A DNA stretch of 64,000 bases from Negaprion brevirostris (taxonomy: Eukaryota). The position numbers and the translations under genes are program-made. Positions 37,160 through 49,489 of the stretch are shown piece after piece. The DNA is taken from NCBI GenBank assembly GCA_030324005.1, contig JARDVH010000132.1, positions 97,226,472 to 97,290,471 on the forward strand, given 5' to 3'. Under the pieces are notes generated by a model. It was not told the DNA's origin. It did no database searches and saw only the letters and a list, made by a program, of their open reading frames with translations. The stretch's first letter is position 1. Every line of letters starts with the position of its first letter.

Positions 37160-37435
37160 TTAAAGTTTAGTTTATTTCACAGTGTCACAAGTAGGCTTAT
37201 AGTAACACTGCAATGAAGTTACTGTGAACATGCCATAGTCACCACGCTCTGGCGCTTGTTTGGGTACACTGAAGGAGGATTTAGCATGGCCAATACATTT
37301 AACCGGCATGTCTTTTGGAATATGAGAGGAAACCCAAGTACCTGAAGGAAAACCATGCAGACATGGGGAGAATGTGCAGATTCCACACAGACAGTCACCC
37401 AGCCGGGAAACAAGCCTGGTGCTGTGAAGCAGCAG
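37160..37435 (-). mobile_element. SINE, HE1-related subfamily with a different 3' tail
   Basis: Same central domain as the HE1 copies, but tail tttaaagtttagtttatt...cactgcaatgaagttactgtgaa. Second copy at 52295-52595. Confidence 0.8.
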
Positions 37436-37459
37436 TAAGTATAAGTTGAGTTGTTGTTC

Positions 37460-37732
37460 TCCGGATGGATGTAAGAGATCATGGTACCATATTGAGGAAG
37501 AGCAACAGGTTCTCCTCATAGCCCTGCCAATATTTTTTCCCTCAAATAACATTATTTGAAAAAAATAATGGATTTTCTGGTCAGTGTCACACTGATGTCC
37601 ATGGGATCGTACTGTGAGCAAATTGGAGGCCAGGTTTCCTACATTAGAACAGTGACTGCATTCATTATTGTGAAGTTCTTTGGGATGTTCGGAGGCTGTG
37701 AAAAATGGTACATAAAAGCAAGTCTTTCTTTT
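37460..37732 (+). mobile_element. SacSINE1/DeuSINE-like 3' half
   Basis: gaggaagagcaacaggttctcc...ccaatattttttccctcaa...gcaaattggaggccaggtttcctacattag...ctttgggatg...gcaagtctttcttt recalls the Deu domain and tail. Partial minus copy at 43850-43940. Confidence 0.6.
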
Positions 37733-37799
37733 CACCCTCTTTCTCTTTTATCACCCTGATAAAGGCTGATCAATCTTGCCTCAACTTCACAGATGACTT

Positions 37800-38653
37800 C
37801 TTTTGACTTGATTTATTATTGTCACATATATTAGTATGCAGTGAAAAGTATTTTTTCTTGCATGCTATACAGACAGAGCATACTGTTCATAGAGAAGGAA
37901 AAGAGGGAGTGCAGAATGTAGTGTTACAGTCATAGCGAGAATGTAGAGAAAGATCAACTTAATGCAAGGTAAGTCCATTCAAAAGTCTCATGGCAGCAGG
38001 AAAGAAACTGTTCTTGAGTCGACTGGTACGTGACCTCAGACTTTTGTATCTTTTTCCCAATGGAAGACAGTGGAAGAGAGAATATCCAGGGTGCATGAGG
38101 TCCTTAATTATGCTGGCTGCTTTGCCAAAGCAGCGGGAAGTGTAGACAGAATCAATGAATGGGAGGCTGGTTTGCATGATAGATTGGGCTACAGTCACAA
38201 CCTTTTATAGTTTCTTGTGGTCTTGGGCAGAGTAGGAGCCATACCAAGCTGTGATACAGCCAGAAAGAATGCTTTATATGGTGCATCTTTAAAAGTTGAT
38301 GAGAGTCGTAGCTGACAGGCCAAATTTCCTTAATCTTCTAAGAAAGTAGAGGCTTTGGCGGACTTTTTTAACTATGGTTTCGGCATGGGGGGACCAGGAC
38401 AATTGTTGGTGATCTGGACACCTAAAAACGTGAAGCACTCAACCCTTTCTATTTTGTCCCCACTGATGTAGACAGGGGCATGTTCTCCTCTATGCTTCCT
38501 GAAGTTGATGACTGACTATCTCCTTTGTTTCGTTGACATTAAGGGAGAGATTGTTGTCACCGCACCAATTCACTAGATTCTCCATCTCATTCCTGTACTC
38601 TGTCTTGTCATTATTTGAGATTTGGCCCACTATGGTGGTGTCATCAGCAAACA
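37800..38653 (-). mobile_element. Rex1/Babar-type LINE 3' part
   Basis: Minus FADD at ~38640 and C-terminus HPGYSLFHCLPLGKRYKSLRSRTSRLKNSFFPAAMRLLN. Confidence 0.8.
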
Positions 38654-38779
38654 GGCAGATCATGAGACCAATTACCCATGCAACAGTGATTTAACACCCA
38701 CAATGCTATTTTGAAATTCAATGCTTCAACTAATATCCTCTTTTAACTTTGCACAGCTGAATACAGGTTCAGCAACGGG

Positions 38780-39300
38780 CTCTGAAACTGAAGGAAATTC
38801 CACTCTGTTCATGCCCATCTGGTGTCTGGGAAATTATGCAGGTCAATTCCTGGTATCCTAGCAAAAGTCATATCTTCTTTCTGTGGCAATTTGCTGTGAC
38901 AAGACAAACAAAAATGTGGCCACTGGGTCTCAAGGGTTATCTGCTTACCACATGGCTATGGCTCAAATGCATAACACGTGTATAGTTGCAATCAGTGTAC
39001 AAGAAAAGTGACAGAGACAATTGACATGCATAGCAATGCTTCCACTGCCTAGACCATGTTGTAGCAGGGCTGCAGCACTTGGGAGAGTGGATGTAGAGAT
39101 TTGTGATGGTCTACCAAATGCTGCACAATCTCACCACTGGTAAAGGGGGAATACTTGCTGCCAGCTATACAATGAGCATCTGAGGAACATGAAGCAGGAG
39201 ATGGAGCAGGAGAATGAAGGGGTAGGGAAGAGGCAACCTAGACAGCTCCTTTCTGCCAGACTGTCCGTAAACAACTTATCCAACTGCAAAGCTGGTAACC
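38780..39300 (+). pseudogene. HARBI1-like transposase relic B
   Basis: RKFHSVHAHLV, IMQVNSWYPSKSH, WPLGLKGYLLTTWL (38917), QCFHCLDH...LQH (39034), MVYQMLHNL. AATAAA downstream at ~39391 and ~39408. Confidence 0.7.
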
Positions 39301-39524
39301 AAAACCCCAGTTCCCAATTCGCCAACAGCCCCATACTCTACTATGCTTCTATCACTGACTATCACATGGTCCTCAAGGCCACAATGCAAAAATAAAAGCC
39401 AACATAAAATAAATATTCTAGCTAAAATGTATACATGAAAATCATGCCATATTCTGTACAGAAGTCAACTAATCATCCATGTGCACTTTCTTACCTGTCT
39501 TCTGGTGAATTAGCCTGTCCCAGT

Positions 39525-39565
39525 CCACCTGACGAAGGAGCAGCAAGCACTCCGAAAGCTAGTGG
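39525..39565 (+). ncRNA. Minimal hammerhead ribozyme motif in a Penelope-type terminal repeat
   Basis: ccac-CTGACGA-a-ggag-cagcaagca-ctcc-GAAA-gc-TA-gtgg: helix I ccac/gtgg, helix II ggag/ctcc, palindromic AGCT helix III. Confidence 0.7.
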
Positions 39566-40039
39566 CTTCTGCTACCAAATAATCCTGTTGGACTTTAACC
39601 TGGTGTTGCGAGACCTCTTACTGTGCCCAGTCCACCTACACAGTACAACCCTATTGGCTGCTGCAAAGCTGATGGAAGGCTGCTGGTTTTCAATTGGAAA
39701 TTACAGATGGTTTTAGAAGATGATCTCAAGTGCCCTGGTCTAGTAAACCCAACTTCGAAGCGCAGCACGTTGGCAAGGGCAGCAGTGGTTTAGATTGGCT
39801 CTCTGACAGGTAATAGTAAGGGCACTAGAAGAGTGAGAGGATGAATGCTGTCTTCCTGAGAGATGGTGCACCTCATCAAGCCCAGTAAACTGTTGGAGAA
39901 CAAATTTTTGTGACACTCTGCAAAGCCCTTTCACACACTGTAGCTTGCACAACAGCAACTGGCTTTGCAATCTAAGAATCTATAGCTAGATGCTGGCTGG
40001 CCATTGCTTGTGCTGTAATGGATGCTGAGACATAAACTA

Positions 40040-40620
40040 TCATACATTGCCTCGTAGGTCCACAAGTGTGTGAATGGCCACCACCACATCCATGCTGGAG
40101 GGTTGGGTTGTACTAATCCCAGTTACTGATTGGCACTGGACTCCTCCATGTTCCTTGACATTACCCATAAATCTTCTGGCAGACTTCCCAATGCACTGAG
40201 AACTTGGTTCTGCATACCCATCGATGTTCTCATAGGATTCTCCAACATCTGGGTCCTTTACAGCACAACTCCAATGAGAACTTTCCCTCCAGTGAGCTGG
40301 CACCTGGATCATACTTGTCTTCTGCCTTGACTGAAGTTCATTTGTGTCCCTTGTCTCACCACTTACAGATCCCTCCCCTACACAATCTTCAAAATTCGGA
40401 GTAACATTAGTATCCAAATTGATTGCTGTAAGTGTGAAATGAAGTGATGGTGGTGTGTTTTCATTATTGCTATTTGCTTGCTGTACTTACACTGCCTGGC
40501 CAAGAATCTGAAAGAGGAAAGGCAGAAAGTTAAGGCTGTGGTGCAGTGAAGGGAGGAAATTAAGATGTGCATGTTTGCAACACTAGCATTTACTTAAGAG
40601 AGTGTGGGATAAGAGGGAGG
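40040..40620 (-). pseudogene. Probable divergent Harbinger partner gene relic, convergent with transposase B
   Basis: Minus EGSVSGETRDT resembles AGSVSGARDT of the 45.3 kb exon. Position and orientation match elements A and C. Weak. Confidence 0.35.
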
Positions 40621-40788
40621 TAGGATTTGTGAAGGCAGATTAGATTTGAGAATATGATCATCTTTCAGCCCCACCAATGTCCATGGCCNNNNNNNNNNNN
40701 NNNNNNNNNNNNNNNNNNNNNNNNNNNNNNNNNNNNNNNNNNNNNNNNNNNNNNNNNNNNNNNNNNNNNNNNNNNNNNNNNNNNNNNN

Positions 40789-41030
40789 AGCTCTCGACCC
40801 TTTCTACTTTATCCCCGTTGATGTAGACAGGGGCACGTTCCCTTCTATGCTTCCTGAAGTCAGTGACAATCTCCTTCGTTTTGTTAAGGTTGAGGGAGAG
40901 TATTGTCACTGCACCAGTTCACCAGATTCTCTATCTCATTCTTGTACTCTGTCTCATCATTGTTTGAGATCTGACCCACTACGTTGGGATCGTCAGCAAA
41001 CTTGAAAGTCGAGTTAGAGGGGGACTTCTC
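40789..41030 (-). mobile_element. Rex1/Babar-type LINE RT fragment
   Basis: Minus FKFADD and LSLNLNKTKEIVTDFRK...VYINGDKVERVES. Confidence 0.8.
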
Positions 41031-42486
41031 CAATCATCTAACAAATGATGCTGCAACCAGTTAATTTACATTCAGTCTCCCAATTGCTTTCTGGAATTCA
41101 CTTTAAGTATATTGATAGTCACCCTCCTATCCAATCAACACATTTAGCCAGTCCACCCCATGTGAGGCGGTTTGAAGTTGGGTTCCACAAAGCTGACATT
41201 TTTCTTGCCTCCCCTATCCTGTCCTATCCATTTTGAGATTAATATTGAGGATCAAACAGGCAGTTCCTGAATAGTGATTACAAACAGGGATAATAGACAT
41301 TTCCCCCCTCCTTATTCTTGAGTCAACTGTGCACCTCTCCTGTCAATGTACCTGGGATCTGCTGAGCTGCATGACCCATTCAATAGTGCATTAATCAATA
41401 GTCATCAGCAGAACTGTCTTATATATATTTTCACTGCAAATGACCAGACACTATTATTCATTTTGCATAAGAAAAAATACCACACAGTCAGCCTTCAAGG
41501 TTTCGTTTGATAAATGAGATTAAGATCAAAAAAGCACACATTGAAAATATGGACGGGTGAATGGTCGCCATTTCCTTACCATTAATGACAATCATCCAAT
41601 TGTAAAGTTACTTTAACAAAAGAGTGCAGAGTTATAGGTGGTCAGACAAGTGAAAAGTGTCATTCATCCTATTCCTCTTGGATTTGCAGATTCAGCTGGA
41701 ACCCGACCAGCTTGGAGGTGGTGATGAATTTGCCATCACTCAATCCCCTGACTCCTTACATCGACTGGTTGAGGCCTTCATCTTTATAATTGATTGCACA
41801 CTGCTGTTAGATATTTATTGGCCTATTATATGATGTATAAAGCCCTATCCAAGAAGCTCAATAGTACGCATCCAGAGGTTTTGAAAATATGCATTCAAAA
41901 ATGATGTACTCACAGAACAAAAATGTTACCAGAAAATCCGAAGGCTAAATTATCGTGGAGATATTTAGTAATCAACACAATTTTTTTTTGTTTTTGGCTG
42001 ACTGTGCCCTTAATATTCTGCATATTGACATTTTGGGTCAGGTTTCCAAAGGGGAGTCAGGTACCTGACACCCAGGTGGATTTGGGGTCCTGGCCCTGCA
42101 TTTCAGAAATATCACTCCTTCAATGTCATTTTAGATTTAAATAATTTAATTGACCAGAAGACGAGTAAAGAACCCAATTAGTTCTCGCCAAAAGCCTACA
42201 GGATGTGAAAGCTGTCTCACTGCCATGAGTGGCAAGGGCTGACAACAGCCATGTTGGGGACTGTTGCGGTCTGGCTGATTAAAGCAAGCAGTTCCTTACA
42301 AGGCCAACAGCATTGAAGAAGATGAAAGGGCCTATTACGTATCATAAAGCAATGAATTCCTGTGTGATTAATTACATGACCTGATATGACATCACCAGCA
42401 GCATTTGTGAGTTTTTAATCTCTCTTCCTTGTCGGACTTCAATCAGGCAATACCTTGTAAATAAAGCTGCATTGGTTTGTTTAAGT

Positions 42487-42601
42487 AACCGGAATTTTCC
42501 CATCCCGCCCACCACAGGCGGGGTGCGGACCATGCAAAGGTCCATTGACTTTGAGCAGGATTTTCCTGTTTTGGGGTGAGCACAGCCGGAAAATCCTGCC
42601 C
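42487..42601 (+). mobile_element. Harbinger-like MITE (~115 bp)
   Basis: Imperfect TIRs ccggaattttcc / ggaaaatcctgccc; core gtccattgacttt. Confidence 0.65.
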
Positions 42602-42999
42602 ATGGTGCGATACCTCAGAAATCCATTTTTCTTTCTTGTCAAATGGGTCAGAAACGGTTACACATACACAAGGGGGGCCCACACAGGAAAATGGACATTC
42701 CTGTGGTAGAGCTAACAGTAAATCCATTTAAAAACAGCTCTAAGACATAGACAAATAAACATAGACAAATAGCTAACCTAACAGCTTTTCATGAAGATGC
42801 ACCAAACTGTTCATCGAATTAAAGTTGAAAAAATCCGATCTGTACCGGACAACCCTGAAACAATGGAGCTGAAGAAACTCTTAATTAGATGCGAACATTT
42901 GTCCTGTCCCATCCCTCACACCAGGGCTTTGAAAATTACAAACTGGCAGAATCACCAGACAAATTCTGAGACCATGATTTAGAAATCCTGCTTGCACTG

Positions 43000-43270
43000 G
43001 ATCCTGAGCCCAAGGCCATTTGAAAATCTAATCCATGCTGAGTATCCATCTGGACTCCATCCACTTCTTGTGGATGGTGAACCAGCTTTGGGAGTGATCC
43101 ACTCATCGTAGAGGTTCTCTTTTTGTAGACTATAATGATGTGGTTGGCCCAGTGAAGCTTCTGATCGGTGATGACCCCCAAGACAGTGATGGGTGGATCA
43201 CTAGAAGTGTGGTTAAAATTAAGTGGAGGTATGTGATTCTTTACCTGTTGAGGATGTGTTAAGTGCCCAC
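43000..43270 (-). mobile_element. LINE RT fragment
   Basis: Minus LGVITDQKLHWANHI, similar to the LGVxxDxxLxWxxHI motif. Confidence 0.5.
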
Positions 43271-43742
43271 TTAATATGCTGACTATCTCATATATTAAGA
43301 AGTGAAATACAATATTAAATTGAATCAGTCAGTCACTCTCAGTTAATTGTCTGATTTGACATTGGGAGTTTGTCATCTGCTGCTGTGTACCATGACACCC
43401 TGCTGGCAAATAACAAGAAAATAAAAGTTAATAATAAATGACAAAAAATCCATTTCTAATTTATATTGGAGTGCACAGGCAGCAACACATCTTAGGTTTG
43501 AGGTGACTGGTACACTGGCACACTGCAAGAGCGTTGTCCTTATGAAGGAGATGTTCTCTCAGCCATAAAACGTGCTATTATCTTCCAAAAAACTGCAAAC
43601 TACAAATCCACATGTAATTCATTAATCCATTCATTGAGTATTCTCTTTAGAAAGGAAAAAACAATTTTGTTTAATTAAACTGGGACTGTCCCATTTCATT
43701 CTGTGGATGTTTTCTGAAGTAAATTATAAATAAGGAAGTGTA

Positions 43743-43846
43743 GACCGGAATTCTCTCAAGCCACCCACGGTGAACCATGTGAATGTCCATTGAAGTCGGG
43801 TGGGCATCTTTGGTTTTCAGGTGAGTGCGACTGGAGAATCCCGCCC
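43743..43846 (+). mobile_element. Harbinger-like MITE (~105 bp)
   Basis: ccggaattctct / ggagaatcccgccc; core gtccattgaagt. Confidence 0.65.
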
Positions 43847-43984
43847 GTAGACTTTAGCACACGCAAAGCACTGAAAAGTGAAGTGTCGTCACAGCTGTAA
43901 TGTTGGAAACATGGCAGCCAATCTGTTCCCTGCAACATGCCTCGAAAACCAACATGAGAAACATAAAATTATACTGAGCCCTAT

Positions 43985-46650
43985 GGGCGGAATTTTACAA
44001 GATTTTTTTCTAAGTGTCTAGCTATCGCGAAAATGGGAAAGTTCCTGCGCTGTTTTTCAGGTGACTTTTCACACCCGATTTTATGCACTCAGTCTGAAAA
44101 AGTGGGCCAGTCCATTTCTAGCTGCGAGAGGCAGTGGGCGGGGCTTGCAGCTCAGATTGGAGCCACAAACTGAGCATGTGCAGGAAAAGCAAGAAAAAAT
44201 AGCTCTCCTAGCAAAGCTCCTGAGCTCAAATACAACCTCTCTCTCCCCTCTATGGACATCGGGGACCATTCCCCCCCAACTGTACTGACCTCCTTTGCTC
44301 CCCTCCACCCCCCCGGCACTTTTGCACATGGCCTCATTATCACCCTCACTGACCCTGATGGTTGACTGACATGACACACTTTCTCCCCCGATCATCACAG
44401 AGCCACGAATCCATCAGCACACCTGCAAGTGCTGACTAGGCTTCTCTTCCAAGGTAACAAGGCAAGCTGCATTAAACCCGCTGAAACGCTCTAACGGGTG
44501 CATGACTCGCCCAAGCTGTCTGCAGCTGATCTGCTCTAATGAAGGGCAGTTCCATTAAAAAGCCCAAGGATGGATAGACATGCAGGCAGTGCAGGAAAAA
44601 ATGGCCTCCAAGAAGACAGCTCCATGTTTTTTGGATGCAGATTTGACCAGGTTGCTGGGGGCAATGGAGGCAAGGCGGGGCACACTCTTTCCCCCAGCAG
44701 GACACCGTCCCAGAGAAGGAATGGAAACGCTGCCTGGGAGGCGGCGGCAGCATGTGTTAGTGCCAGGGCATTGGCCAGGAAAACGGGGATGCAGTCTGCA
44801 AAAAACTGAATGACCTAATCCAGGTAGCAAGTATGAGTGTTTAACCTCATCTAGCATCTTCTCCCTAAATGACCCCTCCACCCCAACATCCTGAATGCTT
44901 CTGGTCCCTGACCCTCAAGTACCTTCCTGCTCTCCCCCTAAGAGTGTCACAACACTTGCCCTCTGAGGGCCACCCACGATACACTGCAAACATGTGCCAT
45001 CAGATTTTACATGGCTCCTTCTGTCCCCACAGGAGAAGAATGCCTGTAATCTCTGGGAGAGGGTGAAGATAGGGGGTGGTGTGCCTGAGATCCGAGTCCT
45101 CACCCCCTTTGAGGAGTGGGTGCTGAAGCTTGTGGAAAACAAGCAGAGGCAGTCCATTAGCGACAGTATAGTTGGGCAAGAACATAGAAGTGAGCACCTG
45201 CCAATCCTCCACAAGGTGGGAAAATCTCAAGTAAATTAGGTGTATCCCAAATTCGTCTGCCTCCCTTGCACTTAAGCTTGTGTCCTGTGTTGCAGGAAGG
45301 GAGCCCGATGTGCCTGGGCCAACCGGCATCACGGCCCCCACTGCTGCTCCCACCCATCCTGCCCCTAACAGCTCGGAGGACTCCTTGGAGGAAGCCGATG
45401 AAGGAACCTCCAAGCCGGCATCAGTTTTGCGTCAGCTTTCACCGCTCACCTCGCAGATCACCATTCCAGAGGCACTCATTTCAGTGGATCAAGTTAGTGG
45501 TGAGGCTGCTGGGTCAGTCTCTGGTGCGCGTGACACATCTGCTGATGTACGTCAGGTGGAGGAGGTAATGTCTGAGGCCTCTGGCATGGGGGGGCCTGCC
45601 AGAGATGAGGCCTCAGCTGGCCCCAGGCTACATGCTGGGCCTCTGCGATTACTTATCCCTCAGCTGCTGGAGATGCAACAACAGAGCCAGGGATTGGAGG
45701 AGGGGCTGACAGCCACAATGGACAAACTGCGAGGCTGTTGGGAGAAGTCCCAAAGCTTTTAGGCCGACCAGCTATTGCCTGTCTTGCATACTTCCCAGGT
45801 CAACACTGCAAGGGTGTCATCTGTGGTGGAGAGCCTGGGGCAGGAAATCCTCACCATGAGTGGCAGGATTCAAGTGATGGCCGAGTCACAGCAGGGCATG
45901 ACGGAGTCCCAGGGAGCTACAGCTGAGGGCCACACCAGGCTTCTCAAGATTCTGTGGTCCATGGACGAGAGGCTCAAGAGTTTGCAGAAGATGCAGCAGG
46001 ACAGTGCTAAGACACGTCGGGCTATGGCAGCAACCCTTGAGAACGTGGCCCAGTTGCAGAGGGTCATGGCCGAGAGGCTGCAGAGTTTGCAGGAGACCCA
46101 GCAGCTCGACTTAGAGAGCCACCACAGAGGGCTCAACCAGCATGTCCAAAATGCAGGTGGCCCTCCAGGGCCAGATGATGCCAGAGCTTCTGGAGCTCAC
46201 TGCAGAAACACGTTGTCTCATGGAGTGACCCAGGGGCCCACAGGAACTGTAAGGGAGGAGGAAGGGTTTGAGTTAACGCTAGGGCATTTCACCTAGGAGA
46301 CTGTAGCTGTGCTACACCTCTGATTCCCCCCTTCTTCACACTAGGATATCTCAGGGGAGCGGGATGAAGGGGATGCGATGGAAGTCAGTCAGAGCCCTCA
46401 AAGTCCAGGCCCTCCTGAGAACGATCGCTCAGGCCACGGGTATGGTAGGCAGCTGGCCTCTGATATACATACTGGGAAGACACTGAGACACTGCAGTAGC
46501 CCACATAAAGTTAAGAAGTTGTTAGTGGCGTTAAAATGGCATGGGTGAAGGACGACACTAAGTAGATAGAATATGAAGCCACTTAAAACATGTTCACATG
46601 TTTTTACATTAACACTTATTTTGAAAGCACAATAAATGTTATTTCACCTC
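43985..46650 (+). mobile_element. Harbinger-type element D carrying the partner gene
   Basis: Left end gggcggaattttac; 3-exon Myb/SANT gene; AATAAA at 46631. Confidence 0.7.
44601..46524 (+). pseudogene. 3-exon Myb/SANT plus coiled-coil Harbinger partner pseudogene
   Basis: Exon 1, 44601-~44831: MASKKTAPCFLDADLTRLL...AWEAAAACVSA...KLNDLI, with frameshifts. Exon 2, 45033-45215: EKNACNLWERVKIGGGVPEIRVLTPFEEWVL, flanked by cag| and |gt. Exon 3 from 45296: P/S/E-rich then heptad-rich, with in-frame TAG at 45760 and 46294. Confidence 0.8.
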
Positions 46651-47981
46651 AAACCTGTGACTAATTTGTCTCTAATTAGCCTCTACTGGGAATGTACTTA
46701 CCCCGACAGTTACCAGAGAGATCTGCACATTGATATCAGTGGGGGAGGCCACTCTATGCATTGCTGCTGAGAAAATCAAAGCACTCAAATAATTGAAGGT
46801 GGCATACATTGGCAGCAACTTACAGAATCTGCCATNNNNNNNNNNNNNNNNNNNNNNNNNNNNNNNNNNNNNNNNNNNNNNNNNNNNNNNNNNNNNNNNN
46901 NNNNNNNNNNNNNNNNNNNNNNNNNNNNNNNNNNCGCCCCACTCAGCCTTCCTTCAGGCCAAGCACCTTGGCAGTGTCAACAGTTCACTGCTCCTTGGCA
47001 TTGGCACCATGGCCTGGTGCCTTAGGCCCCAGGGAGCTCAAAGAGGTAGGTCTAGTGGCCATTTGTCCCTTTGCTGCTACCAGGCTGCAGAGGAAAGATC
47101 CCTCAAGGGTCCTGGGGATCGTCTGGGCTTGGGCTGGAGCCAAAGGGTTGACCTCACCATTCTCCACCAGGTCGATGATGTCATGGCTTGATACATCAAT
47201 CTTAAAAGTTAGTTACCTGTGTTTAGACCACCCATAATCATGCCATAGTCTCTCTGGAAACTATCTTTAATTATTTTCCGCCTCAGTTACCCTCAGAGGT
47301 AAAGCCTTTATTTGTCATCTCTTGATTCTGGATGCATTAGCCCTTTGTTCTGGTTACTTCTCAATACTTCCAAGCTCATGAGCATGATGCTTTCTTTGCC
47401 ACAAGACACAATCAGAACCACTGTAGATCCTTCAACTATTTCAAACCAGGCAACTTTCCAGCTTCTGTCCCCTCATAATATTCAAACTGAAATTAAGCCT
47501 CATCCACATGGTAAATGACAAAATTAGTGTTTTACTCTGTTACAGCGCAAGTTTGTCTTAACTATCATTTACTTTGATTACCAATTAGCTGCAAACTGCA
47601 CCAGACCCAAACTACAACTCTTGAGTTTGAATGCTTTTTATATCCCTGATTAATCTACCCAGTAGATTTAGTTTCCAAGCCTCAATTTCAATTTTTCTTT
47701 CCTTACAACCTTGGAGGGCTAATTTCCTTTCTATCTTTCCCTTTTCTGTTTCCATTTTCAGTTACTGTTTTCAGGGCTTGTATTGTTGAAGTTTCTGCAC
47801 CAGTCATTCTATAGGTCTATTTCTTCTATTCTGACCATTGAGTATAATAATTTCCCAGCTTCTTAGGGTTGCATTCTCCATTTTCTACAGTTAAAACTTT
47901 ATTTGTTAAAACCATGAGTTATTTCTAAAGCTGGAAGATATATTCCAAAACACATGAACCGTGAATTAGATGTTCAGAACA

Positions 47982-48254
47982 ATGGCAAGGAGCAGCCATT
48001 TCTATGGGTGGAGCAGCTGAGCAGAGGGCAGAGTGGAGGGAGGGCCTCTGTACCAGCAGGGTAGCCCCTGCATTTCTGACACCTTACCAGGTGCTGCTGA
48101 GGTGGGTGACATCGTGTGGAAATATCCTTGACAAAACCTGCAAGGCAGAGCAAAAGGGCATGGCTGGAGTTAATTCATGAGATCGGCGAGAGTGGAGTGG
48201 GGAGGTGGAACCAGATCCAGCACAGAAAATGCTTCAAAGACCTGCTTAGGAAAG
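47982..48254 (+). pseudogene. Myb/SANT-like partner exon 1 relic (element C)
   Basis: KRAWLELIHEIGESGVGRWNQIQHRKCFKDLLRK followed by a GTGAAT donor-like site. Confidence 0.7.
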
Positions 48255-49489
48255 GTGAATGCAAAAATCGATCCAAGTGGCATGCATCCTGATCAGCTGT
48301 CATCCACATACAAAAGAGAGGGGCACCCTTGTGAGCAACTAGAGCCATGGCAAAGATGTGTGCACTGATGAATGAAAGATGTATGTGGGGAAGGGGGAGT
48401 GTGAGTGTTGTGGTTGGCATTGCCCTAATGGAATTTGGAGGACAATTCCATGGACAGTATGTGAGCATGTTTGGCCGATGCCATTTCCCAGCTCATGCCA
48501 ATGGCGTATTTGGAAATGCTTGAGCACTGATTTGGTTACAGCCATTGGAACATTGAAGATGGAGGAATGGGTATTAATCACAGAGTGAAAAAATCCATGT
48601 TCAGGTGCTGCATCACAATCCTCCGTGTGCAATAAGTCTTCCATGCTTTAGTTGTCATCTCATTATTTTAAGCAGCAGAAAATTCCTTGATTTGCACTTG
48701 TTTTTCAAGGTCACCTTCTGCCATATGGTCAGTTGCTGATCAGAGGGAGTTGCCACTCTTCCACCATGTTAGAGGAATTGAAAAGGAAGGCACTTAGGAG
48801 CCTGTATTATCACCTCTTTCTTGAGCCCCTTCCTCTAGTGCAGATCCCCGCACCTCAATGGGCTCTTGTGTAGTTTTACAGGTGGTAGCACAGGGTGAAG
48901 CACATCACATTAGAGCTGGAGGAGACAGGCAAGTTAGAGTCATTGTGGCCAGACCCCTCTGAGGATGGAGACAAGGCACAGCTCTGCTCAGCAGGATGGG
49001 AGCCCAGGTGGCTCAACCTGGAGAACCAGCATGAGATGCTCTGAGCCCATGATCTCAGCCACTGAGAGAGGGGCCAATCTCACAGAGAATCATGTGTGGC
49101 ATCACTCAGCATGGATGCAGGAACAGGGCTCTGAGAGGAAGCCACTGCATCATTGATGTCTCTTTGTGGATCACTTGGGTGCTTCTGTTCAAAATGATAT
49201 CAAACTGTTAGTGCAACAAGGCATTGGGCACGTTACTGCATGAATGTTTTTCCATTTCATCTTGGTGAAAGTCAGGTGAATGGAAAGGATTGTCAAGCAA
49301 TGGGGTGTGCTGAGGAAGAGTGTGTCAGGTGGAACTGTGCGGTGTTTCTGCCACAGGCAGGTTGCTGACTTTTGTTCTTGCCTGACGCTTGCTCTCACTC
49401 AGATGAAGGATACTCTCCTCTCCAAATGTCCTGCAAACTGAGTCTCGCTCATTCCACATCAAAATGGTGCAAGGCTCTAATCTGTCCTG

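Noticed and set aside
37172-37735. 187-aa minus ORF
   Set aside because: Chance read-through across two adjacent SINEs.
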